DNA of 7,503 nucleotides from a virus (Duplodnaviria; Heunggongvirae; Uroviricota; Caudoviricetes): IMG/VR virus record IMGVR_UViG_2671180814_000014; one strand, 5' to 3'. Shown piece by piece: positions 7,473 to 7,503 of this stretch (position 1 is its first letter; each line of letters starts with the position of its first letter). The notes under the pieces were generated by a model. It saw only the letters and a program-made list of their open reading frames with translations, ran no database searches and was not told where the DNA came from. The position numbers and the translations under genes were made by a program.

Positions 7473-7503
7473 GGTGATGCTGCCAACTTACTGATTTAGT
7501 GTA
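7473..7503 (+). mobile_element. Left terminal inverted repeat and first 31 nt of insertion sequence IS1; element continues beyond the window
   Basis: GGTGATGCTGCCAACTTACTGATTTAGTGTA matches from memory the canonical IS1 terminus (23-bp IR GGTGATGCTGCCAACTTACTGAT); the insA start would lie just past the window end. Confidence 0.75.

Overview
The window is the distal tail-fibre end of a lambdoid (lambda-like) prophage on the + strand: the 3' end of host-specificity gene J, then lom, then a truncated second stf/lom copy, a full-length side tail fibre gene stf, and a frameshifted tfa. It ends in a ~750-bp A+T-rich segment with no ORF in the supplied track (no ORF over ~60 aa), abutting the first 31 nt of an IS1 element at the window edge. 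I see no evidence of a novel multi-gene system (no CRISPR, no RNA genes, no defence-like operon). The points worth a second look are: (1) a chimeric stf'-lom' block joined at a single 'n' (nt 2500), carrying different alleles from the flanking lom and stf; (2) two N-runs flanked by near-identical duplicated sequence, which look like assembly artefacts, probably a collapsed multi-copy prophage repeat; (3) deletions in lom' and tfa; (4) a mosaic stf with an A+T-richer, Cys-containing central module; and (5) the A+T-rich segment, which contains a minus-strand intrinsic terminator and a speculative 33-aa hydrophobic small ORF. All homology statements are from reading the translations and recalling lambda and E. 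coli K-12 proteins; no database search was run.
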